In this document: piece by piece, positions 1 through 20,049 of the stretch
How the letters are laid out: the number at the start of each line of letters is the position of its first letter
How positions within the stretch are numbered: position 1 is the stretch's first letter
Assembly (NCBI RefSeq): GCF_016432865.1
Contig: NC_067403.1
Location: 256,556,001 to 256,620,000 of the forward strand
DNA length: 64,000 nt
Direction of reading: 5' to 3'
DNA from: Antechinus flavipes
Taxonomy: Eukaryota
Notes under the pieces: generated by a model
Databases searched by the model: none
Told to the model about the DNA's origin: nothing
Seen by the model: only the letters and a program-made list of their open reading frames with translations
Made by a program: the position numbers and the translations under genes

Positions 1-99
1 ACAGGAAAAACCAGATTTCCTCATGAGAGAGCTGAGTGTCTTGAGGAGGAAGAAGGTCCTTCTAACAGTGATAAGCAATTAAGAGAGAGGAAGGATCAG

Positions 100-750
100 G
101 GAAGAGAAGATAGCAGTCACTGGGTCCACCAGCGGCTATCTGCTGACCCGATAGCAAGCAGAATGGAGGCCATTGTTTCCCTGACGCATGTATCCAAGAT
201 GTGCCGACAGTCCTCCCGAGACTCGGCGGGACAGATAACCTGGTCAGAGGCAGGCGGGGAGCTGGGCTCCTGCTAAAAAGTAACGTCCGCGATGACGAAG
301 GCTCGGCCGAGAAAACGAAGGACGCCGGGACTCGGGCTGCCGTTTTCCCCATTGTGGCTCTTCGGAGGCAAGGGGTGCAGAGGAGGAGAGTCCGTTTAGC
401 GACGGAGCCGGTGTCGGAGAATGGGGTTTGGACTGAGGGAGCGGAGCTTCCGGGAAGGGGTTGACAGATCCCTGACCAGAGACGGAGTGTCCCCATCCAG
501 GCTGGAAAGGAAGCACTTGCCAGATGTCAGGAAGATCCGATCCAGGGCTTGCAGCTGAAGGGAGTGAGGGCGGGAGAAGGCGGCTGACGAGGATTCTCCA
601 AAGCTCGATGTTATAAAGAATCGTCGCGGAGAATGGAGAAGAGCAGGTGGGACACCCAGAAACTCACAGGAGAAAAAATACAAGGGAGAGACCAGCAGTA
701 AAATCCTATAACCATCTACCCACGCCTTAAACATCCCAGAAACCAGTGAG
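100..750 (-). mobile_element. Degenerate L2/CR1-clade LINE reverse-transcriptase remnant
   Basis: Minus-strand frames give decayed RT-like text (SSAAFSRPHSLQLQAL resembles LSAAFDTVDHSLLL; SVSGQGSVNPFPEAPLPQ resembles the segment before GVPQG). Heavily diverged, boundaries approximate. Confidence 0.4.
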
Positions 751-875
751 CCTAATGCGAGGGGGCAAATTTGACCTTCTAGACATCACTGAGAATTGGT
801 GGGATGAAACGCATTGCTCAATTATGGCTCTGTGTGGCTATACTTTACTTTAAAGAAACAAATAGCCCTGAAATC

Positions 876-985
876 GGGAGGACCTGAGTTCAAATCTGAC
901 CTCAGACACTTCACATTTCCTGGCTGTGTGATCCTGGGCAAGTCACTTAACCTCAATTGCCTCAGGGGGGCAAAAAAAGAAACAA
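876..985 (+). mobile_element. 5'-truncated tRNA-derived CORE SINE (WSINE1-like)
   Basis: GGAGGACCTGAGTTCAAATC B-box region, CTGTGTGATCCTGGGCAAGTCACTTAACC core, A-rich tail. Confidence 0.8.
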
Positions 986-989
986 AAAT

Positions 990-2385
990 CATTGGGGACA
1001 CTGGAAAATAGTCATCACAAACTCAGCACAGACCTATATCTTACCCCCTATACAAAAATAAGGGCAAAAGAGGCACATGATTTAGGCGTAAAGGGGGATA
1101 CTATTAAAAAAGGAGGAGAGCTATTTTACTTTTTTTTTTTTTTCTATTTTACTATCAGGAGAACTAGTTTACCTATCAGACCTTTGGAGAAGGAAGGAAT
1201 TTACGGCCAAAGGAAAACTAGAGAACATTATAAAATGCAAAATGGATAATGTTGATCACATTAAATTTAAAAGGTTTTGCACAAACCTGCGGAGCCAAGA
1301 TTAGAAGGGAAGAAGCTGGGAAAAAATTTTAGAATCAAGAGATATGTTACATGGAGTCTCTGCTAAAGGCTGCGTTTCTAAAATCCCTAGGAGAATCGGC
1401 TCAAATGTATAAGAACACAGGTATTCCCCAACTGACAAGTGGCCAAGGGGTGAGAACGGACAGTTTTCAGATGAAGAAATAAAAGTCGTTTCTAGTCACA
1501 TAAAACACGCTCTAAATAACCATCGGTGGGAGAAGTGCAAATTAAACCCCGAGGTACACTTCATACCTCTCCAACTGGCTAAGATGACAAGAAAAGGTAA
1601 TGAAAAATGTTGGAGGGGATGTGGGAAACCCGAGACACTGATGCATCGTTGGTGGAGTTGTGAAATGAGTCGATCGGAAAGGAGAGCAATGTGGAACTTT
1701 GCCCAATGGGCTATAAAATTGTGGATGCCCTTTGACCCAACGGCGCCATTATGGGGTCTGTATCCCAAAGAAAGCATGAGAGAGAACAAAGGATCCTTTT
1801 GTGCAGAAATGTTTGTGGCGGCCTTCTTTGTGTTAGCAAAGAATTGGGAAATGACTAAATGAGGCAGCTAGGGGGCACAGTGGATAGAGCACCAGTCCTG
1901 AAGTCAGGAGGACCTGAGTTCAAATGTGGTCTCAGACACTTAACATTTCCTGGCTGTGTGACCCTGGACAAGTCACTTAACTCCAATTGCCTCAGGGGGA
2001 AAAAAAAGAATAGAAGCCCATCAATTAACTGGGGAATAATGGCTGAAGATAATGGAATATTTCTATTAAAAAATGATCTGAGAAAAGGAACCGATGCTGA
2101 GTGAAGAGCCGGGAAAACATCGTACACAGCAGCAAGAAGATTGTGCAATGATCAGCCATGGTAGACTTGGTTCTTCGCAGCAATTCAGTGATCCAAGGCA
2201 ATTCCAATAGACTTGTGGTGGAAAGTCTGCATCCAGAATCACGGAGATTGAATGTGGATCCATACACATTATTTTCACGGTTTTCCCTTTGGTTCTGATT
2301 TTTCTCTCCCAACTCGACTCGTGGAAATAAGTAAAAAAATAAGTGTATACGTAGAAAAAAAAAATTAAGTTACATTATATTAAAT
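990..2385 (+). mobile_element. LINE-1 3' fragment (ORF2 C-terminus and 3'UTR), decayed and interrupted by a SINE
   Basis: ORF 1584-1862 (KCWRGCGKPETLMHRWW...FDPTAPLWGLYPKE) matches the L1 ORF2 Cys-rich C-terminus; followed by 3'UTR-like sequence and an A-rich end at ~2355. Confidence 0.85.
1861..2010 (+). mobile_element. Full-length WSINE1-like SINE inserted into L1
   Basis: GGCAGCTAGGGGGCACAGTGGATAGAGCACCAG head (A/B boxes), CORE segment, A tail. Confidence 0.9.
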
Positions 2386-3299
2386 GTTTTTTAAAAAAGC
2401 AACATGGCGGCTGAAAAGGGCAGAGAGTCATATTCTATACAAGAAATCCAGGAAGCAGAAGCAGAAACATGGCAGAATTGAGCTGAAGGTCAAAGGAAAA
2501 GCAAAGAGAAGTGATTTTGTCATTGGGATACATTCTAGCCCCTTCCATCCTACATTTGTGATAAAGGGGAGAGCGTCGGAGTCTGACGTGAGCCTTATAT
2601 GTTACAAAGGGGGTTTCAAGGGCTCTAAGGAGAGCATGGAGGCGGCCCACGCCCTCTCCCGGGGAGACCGAGACCGGGATTGTTTGCGCTCTGAAGTGCT
2701 TCCATGGACTGAGTCTGGTCCCAATAAAGCACCCAGCAAGGCTGATCAGAGACAGAGATAGACAAGAGAGATAGAGAGACAAGAGAGACAGAGGGAGAAG
2801 GAAAGGGAGAGAGAAGAGAAGGAGGAAGGAGGGAAAAGATGACGCAATGACCTAAATTGTGTCCCGGGAGGTCAGCCCAGGAGGGATGGAGATGCCGGAG
2901 CGTGAGATCCCAGAGATATAAGGGAAACAATTCCAGTGAGGAGAAAAAAAGAAATTTGCCTGGAGAGACCATCATGGGTGCATGGAACAGCAAGCCCGCA
3001 GCTTCATACGTGTGCACACACACAGACACGTCGACACATACATCGTGTGCTGTGTGTAGACTTTACCCCCCGACCCTCTTCCATCCAGGGGAAGCGACGC
3101 TGTTTGTGTCTCTTCTGGACACGGGCAAGACAAGGAGGCTGCCTGAGAACTCAGGCCCGAGGCCCCTGGGACGGAACCTTAACCGGGAGCTGCCAACGGC
3201 TGTGGCAGGGGGGTCTCTGGTGGAGGACCCAGGGAACTGTCCTCGGGCCGGGGCCCCTAATACTGCTTAAAATCCAAGATCTGCTTGGTGACAGAGAGA

Positions 3300-3570
3300 A
3301 TATTTAGCCGGAGGAGACTCGAGGGAGATATCTGAAGAGTTGTCCCATGGGGAGCGATTAGGTTTGTTCTGCCCGGAGAGCGGAGCCAGGAACTGGGAGG
3401 AAGTTGCAAAAAGGTCATTTTAGTCTGGGAAAAGGCCAACAGTGGAAGCCTGGAGTGGAAGCTCTGCAGCTTCTCTGGGTCTCCAAGCGGAGGGGCGGCC
3501 CCCTGGCCCGTGTGTCCCCCAGGAGCTTTCTGAATGGGACAGACATTGCTGAGTCCTTTCACTTCCTTTC
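3300..3570 (+). mobile_element. L3/CR1 3' remnant
   Basis: GAAGAGTTGTCCCATGGGGAGCGATTAGGTTTGTTCTG...GGAAGTTGCAAAAAGG resembles the CR1/L3 ORF2 end. Confidence 0.6.
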
Positions 3571-4039
3571 TTAGATTCGCTGATTGAAATCAGTCAACAC
3601 AACAAAGAGGCCTAGAAGGGCCTGGACTCAAAAGTGCTTGATAAAAGTTTTACTGGCTCTGCTGGTCAGAGAGAGGGCGGCCTCCCAGGGCCCCTACATC
3701 CCCGGGGGTGGAAGATGGTGAAGGGCCCAAAAGCACACAAACATGGACAGACGGGTCTTCGTCAAGGAGAGCCCCCGTCCCGGCCACATCCACCTGACGG
3801 CTCTCAGCGTATGGAGAGGGAAAGACCACCGGGATTGAGATCGAGAAAGCGCCTGGCTGGGTTACCCTTCCCCGCGCTCACTTCTAAGCCAACCTGATTC
3901 TGGATTCTCCGGATTTCTGGGCCTTTCCCCATTTCCCTCAGAAGACGCCTCTGCCCCTGCAGCTCCTTCTGATCGGTTCTAACCTCACCAGCTCTGCTCT
4001 TCATGGAACATTTACACCTTCCCACTTTATTTATTTATC

Positions 4040-4175
4040 GAGGCCATCGGATCAGAGTTAAATGTTTTGATCAGCATCACACCACTAATTAAGCTAGGTC
4101 AGTGTCTGAGGCTAAATTTGAACTCAGGTCCTCAATTTCAGGACTGATGTTCCATCCACTATGCCACCTAGTTAC
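4040..4175 (-). mobile_element. MIR/MAR1-type SINE
   Basis: Reverse-complement SINE head: GTGTCTGAGGCTAAATTTGAACTCAGGTCCT...TCCACTATGCCACCTAG. Confidence 0.75.
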
Positions 4176-4319
4176 CCCTCTCACTTTTCAGCTCTCTTTT
4201 CTGTGTCCTCCCCCATTAAAATGTAGCCTCCTAGAGGACAGAACCCCCCCCCTTTTAAATGTTTTATTTTTTATTTATGGAATAAAACAAACATTTCCAT
4301 AACACAGTTTTATTATTAT

Positions 4320-4930
4320 TATCATTATAGCTTTTTATTGACAGAACATATGCCTGGGTAATTTTTCAGCATTGTCCCTTGCAATCACTTCTGTTCCAAC
4401 TTTCCCCCTCCTTCCCCCCACCCCTCCCCCAGATGGCAGATAGTCCATTTAACATGTTAAACGTTAAAATATATGTGTGCATATTTATGCAGTTCTCTTG
4501 CTGCACAAGAAAAATCAGATTTAGAAAGAAGGTAAAAATAACCTGGGAAGAAAACCAAAAACGCAAGCAAATAGTAATAGAAAGAGTGCAAATGTTCTGC
4601 TGTGCTCCACACTTATTTCCCAGCGTTCTCTCTCTGGGTGTAGCTGGTTCTGTTCGTTACTGCTCTATTGGAAGTGATCTGGTTCATCTCATTGTTGGAG
4701 AGGGCCACGTCCATCAGAATTGATCATCATATAGTATTGTTATTGAAGTAAATAATGACCTCCTGGTCCTGCTCATTTCATTTAGCATCGGTTCATCTAA
4801 GTCTCTCCAGGCCTTTCTGAAATCATCCTGCCGGTCATTTCTTACAGAACAATGATATTTCATAGCATTCATATACCACAATTTATTCAGCCATTCTCCA
4901 GCTGATGGGCATCCATTCTATTTCCAGCAT
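4320..4930 (-). mobile_element. Marsupial LINE-1 3'UTR fragment
   Basis: Begins with a T-rich reverse poly(A); reverse complement is homologous to the L1 tail at 6204-6390 (CTTGCAATCACTTCTGTTCC vs GGAACAGAAGCGAGTGCAAG). Confidence 0.8.
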
Positions 4931-5204
4931 GTCTTAATAATAAAACGATTGCACGTGAAACTGCAAGTCTATTGTATACAACTTGCTCTTCCTTTTAAAT
5001 ATATAATACAATTTTACTGTAAATTTCTTCTTTCTTCTCTCCTCCTCCCCTCCCTCTCCACGGCTACCATCAGGCACAAATACGTATGTATGTGTAAAAC
5101 CATTCTATCCATGCTGACATTTATCGGTTCTTTCTCTCAGTTCAGAGCGTCTTCCTGCATATGTCCTCTGTAGTTAATTTGGGTGTTTACAAGGATGGAA
5201 CACA

Positions 5205-5350
5205 GGGGCAGTCGCACGGTGTAGTGGATAGAACACCGGCTCTGGAGTCAGGAGGGCCTCGTTCAAATCCAGCCTCAGATACTAAATACTCATGAGCCAT
5301 GTGACCCTGGCCAATCACTGAACCCCATTGCTTTGCAAAAGAAAAAAAAA
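5205..5350 (+). mobile_element. CORE SINE (WSINE1/MIR family)
   Basis: GGGGCAG...GTGGATAGAACACC...GTTCAAATCCAGCCTCAGA...GTGACCCTGG, A tail. Confidence 0.85.
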
Positions 5351-5419
5351 ATAATCGAATACAATGATTAAAAAATGAAACAGTCTCTGACTTCAGGGCT
5401 TAGGTTCTTTCAGGGGAGA

Positions 5420-5930
5420 CCTACATATGTAAATATATATGGACTGTGTACAAAATAAACCCTGAATTATTGAGGGTGGAGAGGAAACCGGCAGCGAGGG
5501 GCATCCAGAAGGAATTCAAGGAGAGGGTGGAGCTTGTGTTGAGTCTTGAAAGTAAGAGATTCTAAAAACAAAAAACAGAAAGTAAGGGATTCTAAGAGGT
5601 GGAGAGGAAGAGAGAGGGTATTCCAGGCAGGGGGACCAGGCAGAGACCCAGACCCGAGACAGAGTATGGCATAAGGACCAGCGTCCACTTTAGCTGCACT
5701 TTAATGTGGGAGGGAGAGCAATGTCCAGGATTACAGGGTCTGGGGCCAGATTGTAAAGGAAGAATTTATTTTCTATTTTATCCTAGAGGCAATAGGAAGC
5801 CACTTAAGAGTGTAGAATGGAGGAATCCCATTATAGGATCTGTGGGGAAGGAAGATCTCTTTGGCAGCTTACTGGAAGATGCACTGGGATGAGGAGAGAC
5901 GAGTCAGGGAGACTAAGTAAGAATCTAAGG
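5420..5930 (-). mobile_element. L2 remnant
   Basis: Purine-rich reverse L2 signature (GAGCTTGTGTTGAGTCTTGAAAG...GGTATTCCAGGCAGGGGGA...AATAGGAAGCCAC). Confidence 0.6.
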
Positions 5931-6040
5931 GATGGATGGCCAGGTAGCCCGGTGGTTAGAGAACTCAGGAAGATCTGAGTTCAAATATGACCTTAGCTAT
6001 ATAACACTTATTAGCTGTGTGACCCTGGGGAAGTTATTTA
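5931..6040 (+). mobile_element. CORE SINE fragment
   Basis: GAAGATCTGAGTTCAAAT...TAGCTGTGTGACCCTGGG; truncated just before the gap. Confidence 0.7.
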
Positions 6041-6054
6041 ACAAAGAAAGAAAG

Positions 6055-6203
6055 NNNNNNNNNNNNNNNNNNNNNNNNNNNNNNNNNNNNNNNNNNNNNN
6101 NNNNNNNNNNNNNNNNNNNNNNNNNNNNNNNNNNNNNNNNNNNNNNNNNNNNNNNNNNNNNNNNNNNNNNNNNNNNNNNNNNNNNNNNNNNNNNNNNNNN
6201 NNN
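6055..6203. other. Assembly gap (149 N)
   Basis: Run of N. Confidence 1.
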
Positions 6204-6390
6204 CTGCAAACATGTATTGTATCTAGGATATACGGCAACATATCTAACATATATAGGACTGCTTGCCATCTAGGGGAGGGGGAAAATCGGAACAGAAGCG
6301 AGTGCAAGGGATAATGTAAAAAAAATTACCCTGGCATGGATTCTGTCAATAAAAAGTTATTAAAAAAAAAAAAAAAGAAAAAGAAAAAAA
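6204..6390 (+). mobile_element. LINE-1 3' terminus with poly(A) tail
   Basis: AATAAAAAGTTATT followed by a long A tract; homologous to 4330-4460 in reverse. Confidence 0.85.
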
Positions 6391-6399
6391 AGATTCCAG

Positions 6400-6835
6400 G
6401 AGAGAGGTGTTAATGGCCTAAACTAAGACGATAGTAGCTGTGTGGGTAGCAAGAAACAGCCACGGGTGAGAGAGGTGATGAGAGAAACGTTAAGATTTGG
6501 CAGCAGATTGGATCTGTGAGGTGAGGAGAGGGAGAGCGGAAGGTAAAGATAGGATTCAAACCGAGGAGAGAGAAAGGAAGCCGAGCCTTCCACAGAAATC
6601 GCTATTGCTCTTCCGTAATTCTCGACCCTCCGGACCACAAGCCCCAGAGTAGAACGTGTGAAACCAGGGTAGGTTTGAGGGGACAATTTGAGATCCTTAT
6701 GAGGACATCCAGTTGTCAATGGCCGGTAGACAGTTGGTGATGCAGCCCTGAGACTCAGGGGGGCGGATTCAGGAATCACCCGTAGAAACATAATTACAAG
6801 TGGAAACTGCTGAGGTCATCAAGAAGAGAACTAAG
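6400..6835 (-). mobile_element. L2 remnant (continuation of 5420-5930)
   Basis: AGATTTGGCAGCAGATTGGATCTG...GAGGACATCCAGTTG...GAGACTCAGGG reverse-L2 signature. Confidence 0.65.
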
Positions 6836-6842
6836 GGACAAA

Positions 6843-7000
6843 GAGGCAGCTTAGTGGTGGGAAGACTAGTCCCAGACACTTCCTAGCAAGTCGCTTCACC
6901 CTGTTTTGCCTCAGTTTCCCCCTTCTCAGTAAAACGGAGCTGGAGAAGGAAGTGGTAAATCGCTGTGTCCTTGCGAGGAAATCTCCATGGGGTCGGGAAG
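6843..7000 (+). mobile_element. MAR1-type SINE
   Basis: CORE (TGCCTCAGTTTCCCC) followed by the RTE-derived tail CTGGAGAAGGAAGTGGTAAA...ATGGGGTC. Confidence 0.75.
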
Positions 7001-7549
7001 AGGCAGCCCCCCTAAACGCTATCTCCATCCCCCCGACTTCCGAAGCCCTGCTGGGAAGCCCTATCTCACAGCCATCCCTCGCTGCAGTCCGTGCTAGTGG
7101 TGCTGGGCACTCAATCCCAGGAGAGGGACCAAAGGGCTCAGTCTGGGAAGACTCGGTTCCCCTTGGGCCGCGATGGTGGAAAGGGAGGCGGAAGATGCTG
7201 CGCAGCCCACTGTTAAGGGCCAGGCCCTGACCCTCCTCGGGCAGCTATTTCAAGCGGGAATGGCTAGGAAAGGATGGTGGCTGGGATCAGGTGCGAAGAT
7301 CCTGGGAAGTGGGTTTATCCAGACGGGGAGGGCCGCCTTGTGTCATTCTGCTTTGGGTCCCGGAGTCTTCCGCCCCCTGAACCACCGCCAGCCCCTCGGG
7401 GTAGGAGAGTCCAGAATAAGGGGGGTGGGAAGGGGCGCCCCAAGGGGGAGTGCTTTCCCCAGGTGCTCCTGGTCTCTGCCTAATAAGGGCCTGCTGATTG
7501 ACTGGGGCTGAACCCAAAGAGTTCTAGGCCCGGAAGCGGCGGAAAAGGG

Positions 7550-8780
7550 ATCCTCAAGAAGAGAAAAGGGTGGAAACGTCCTTCCAAGTCACGGGAAAGG
7601 GAGGCAAGTGCGGCCCGGGCTGGGCTGGGGGCAGGGGAGGGAGGGAGGCCCCTGGTCGCTTGGGGCGCAAACGGGAGGGGACGGCTTCCGAACCCACCCC
7701 CAAAGCCCCGCTCCGTCGGAGAAGGGCCTGGAATTGCAGCCGAGGCCGAGCAAGATCATGGGCTGCGTGGCCCCGCCTGAGCCGCCGCGCGCAAACACCC
7801 GGACCCGCGGGGAGCCCGGGAAGCCGGGGCCCCAGCAGTGACGCTGCAGCGCCCGGAGCATCCCCAGAGGGGAGGCGAGAGCGGCTCCTGATAGAGGCGG
7901 CGCCGGGAGGCAGCGGGAGCGCTGGGCTGCGTCCCTGCCCTGGCTCCGGGCCGTGACCGCGCCGCTGCCGCCTGCCGAGAGCCCGCAGGGTCGGGAGCTG
8001 CGGCCAGAGCGGGCGCGACCCCGCCCCGGCTCGCTCGGGCTCGCTGCTCAACCTCGGGCTAGCTTCCGGGCCAGCGGCGGCCTGTTGTGGGACCAGGAGA
8101 GAGGTAGGGGGGTGGGGGCCATATGAGGAAATGGGGAGAGGGGGGCTTCGGGGGTAGAGGGGAGATTGGGGGGTGGGACGGGAGGATGGAGGAGGGGAGG
8201 GACGGAGCAAAGGATGGGATGGAGGTGTGTAGAAGGATGGGGGCGGGAAGGAAGGAGGGATGGGGGCGTTTGAGGAGTGCAAATATGGCACACCCATTAG
8301 CAGTCCCGCTCTTGTTTCCCAGCAAATCCCACCCTTGCATTAAGCGGGGGGGGGGGGCGCCCCCTCCTCTCCCCTTCCCCCTCGCCCTCCATCTTCTTCC
8401 TTCTGCTCTCCCACCCCGCGCCGGTCTTCCCCTTTAAGACCGCGGGGAAGGGGCAGCCCCCCTCGCACCCTCCCTTCCCCTTTAAGACTAGCGGCGGTGA
8501 CCGCGCAGGCGCAGGGGTGGGCGCGGGGGCTGCCGGGAGAGGCGGCGATGGAGGCTGCGCGGGCCGCGGGGGGCAGCTGAGGCCGAGGAGGCCGGGCCGG
8601 GGCTGGGCCGGAGCTGGGGCCGGGCCGGGGCGCGCAGGTGAGTGGAGGCGGGGCAGGGCGGCGTTCGGGAGATGGGCAAGCGGATCGGGGGCTCCCTCCT
8701 CCACCTCGAGGAGCCCCGCACGGAACGGAGGCTCCCACCCGGCCCTGGGCGCTCTCGGGGACCTGCAGTGACTGTCACGG
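7550..8780. promoter_or_regulatory. KLC2: CpG island / KLC2 promoter with non-coding first exon(s)
   Basis: Very high CpG density, GC boxes, ETS site CCGGAAG at ~7530; donor CAG|GTGAGT at 8637/8638 and a second candidate donor GAG|GTAGGG at 8103/8104. Confidence 0.75.
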
Positions 8781-9244
8781 GGTATTCGCGGGGGGGGGGG
8801 GGGTCCCAGGAATTAGGAAGCTCCCGTCTATCCTCGGGGTACTCCAGAAGAGAGCGGGAGCTTCCCTCTATTAGGGGCTGCCTCCAGGAGTTGGGGGAGC
8901 TCTTCGCTATCTCGGACTCTCCCCAGGGAGAGGGAGAGCCCGAGCCCCCCTTTCTATCACAGGATGCCCAGGGGAAGGGGAAACTCCTCTCTATCCCCGA
9001 GTGCTCCTGGGGGAAGGAGAGTTCCCTTCCATCGTGGGGTACCTTCCGAGGGAAGGGGGATGGGGGGCTAGGCCAGGAAGAACTCTCCAGAGACTCTACT
9101 TGTTGTGTGCAGAAGAGGGAAGAACCGGGGCTTCGGGGTGGAGATGCCCCTTTAAGAAGGATCTGCATCTCCTCCGATGGGCAAGGTAGCTCGGCTGTCC
9201 CTAGTGCCCAGCTGGCCTGAGGACAGCCCCCCGTGCTCCCCTAA

Positions 9245-14206
<4,962 letters not shown>

Positions 14207-15242
14207 TGGGGAGGGGTGGGAGGGTGGACCTAAGGTCCGACCGCTCAGCCCGCCCCCTACCCGTCTCCTGGGCCTTCCTTGGCTGCTTGTCCTGTCCCAC
14301 AGGGGCAGGGGGCGCAGGGGGATTCCCAAGCATCAGCCCCCCTTCCCTGAAGGCTGTTTCTCGCAGGCCCCCCATCTTTTTTTGTTCAATCTCAGGGTAA
14401 CCTCTCCCCCTGTCATTTCAGGCTTAGCAGCTCCAGGCTTATTCCCCCGCCCCCGCACAGTCTAGCACTGTTAGTCACACAGCCTAGAAGTGTCCTCTTG
14501 GTGACAGAGTGCAGAGAGGAGCCAGGATCCCCCCCTGTATTTATTTCCCTCTTCTCAGCGGAAGCCAGGAAAGTGAACCGCCTCCTCAGGGCCTGACCCA
14601 CCTTCCCAAAGCAGTCCCGGCGGGGCCCCCCAGCCCCCCAAGGCAGAACAACACTAAGCAGCTCCCTCGTCCCTCCCCTAGGCCTCTGCTTCTGTATATA
14701 GAGAACTAAGTTATTGGCCGCTGCCTCCCCGAGCCCTGTCCATGGTACCGCCTTCAGCCCTCCCCGCTCCCAGTGCCGGGCGCCCCCAGGCCTTAAGCCT
14801 TTGCAGACAAGGCCTCGGACCCACAGAACCGCAGAGCTTGTACATCCTTCCCGGAGGATGGGAGCCCGCCTTCTCCCCCCCACAGTGTCACTAGCGTAGG
14901 ACCGAGGCACCCGGTCCCCCCTCAGCACTTTCTCATCCAGGATAGCTGACAACGGTTTCCATGGCCCCCTCTTCTTTCCTTCCGGGTGTGGGGCCTGGGC
15001 CTTAACCCCGCTCCCTTTGAGCCACATTCCAGGGACTTCCTAACCCTTCTCTGCTGCCCCCCGCCCCCCCACCAGGTACGGCCCGTTGAGCCATCCCTCC
15101 TCCCGCACCTGCCACTTCTGAAGCTTCCGGTTCCCCCCTCAGACTCCGAGGGCGGGGCTGCACTCCCTTCCCTGTAGCTGGGAGGGGGCCAGGGTGGGGT
15201 GGGCCTGGGAACCCATTTGCTTTGTTCAAATGTTGCTGTAGA

Positions 15243-15248
15243 AATAAA
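15243..15248 (+). terminator. KLC2: KLC2 polyadenylation signal AATAAA
   Basis: Canonical hexamer ~1 kb after the stop codon and before the RAB1B island. Confidence 0.8.
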
Positions 15249-15867
15249 GACGGTTTGAATCCAAATGAGCCAAGTCTCGGTGGAAGGGGGGGTGGGGGAG
15301 GGGGGGCTCTGAGGTGCCCGGAGTCTGGGGGGGAGGGGGTGCTCAAGCTCTGGGGGTAGGAGCTAGAGGAAACCCGGGCTCGGGAGCCAGCGGGCGGGCT
15401 GAAGGCTGAGGGAGAAGGTCGGGTCCAAGGCCGCCCCCATTTTTACAGAGGAAACCCGGTCAGAAGTGATAGGTGACAAGGGCCCCGGCTGAGAGGGGGG
15501 AGAGCGGGTGCTGTGTGGACCTCGGCTACAGGGGTGATGATCGCCCCAAATTGGCCGTGGACTCCCTCCACGGGAGAAGCCCTTCCGAGCGGCGAACGGA
15601 AAGGAAAGCTACAAAGCCGAGAAAGTGAAGGCCAGAAAGGAGCTGCGCGTGCGTCGGGGTGTCCGGCGCCTGCGCAATCGAAGCGAGGCTGAAGTCAAGC
15701 GAGAACTACGACTTCCAAGAGGCGACGCGGTAGGACGAGAAGGGAGGGTCTGCGCCTGCGCCTGCGCGTGGGGCGGAGTCACGGGGCGGAGCCGCCGCCA
15801 TCTTGGAGCGGGAGGCGGAGCGAAGCAGACAGGGAGGGAGCGACCGACCGGGGCCGCTGCCGCCGCC

Positions 15868-20049
<4,182 letters not shown>

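Noticed and set aside
1861-1935. tRNA-like A/B boxes here and at other SINE heads
   Set aside because: SINE heads followed by CORE sequence and A tails; no cloverleaf gene.
7554-9220. Several 130-250-aa ORFs across the KLC2 CpG island
   Set aside because: Pro/Gly/Arg-rich products on both strands, typical of stop-poor GC islands.
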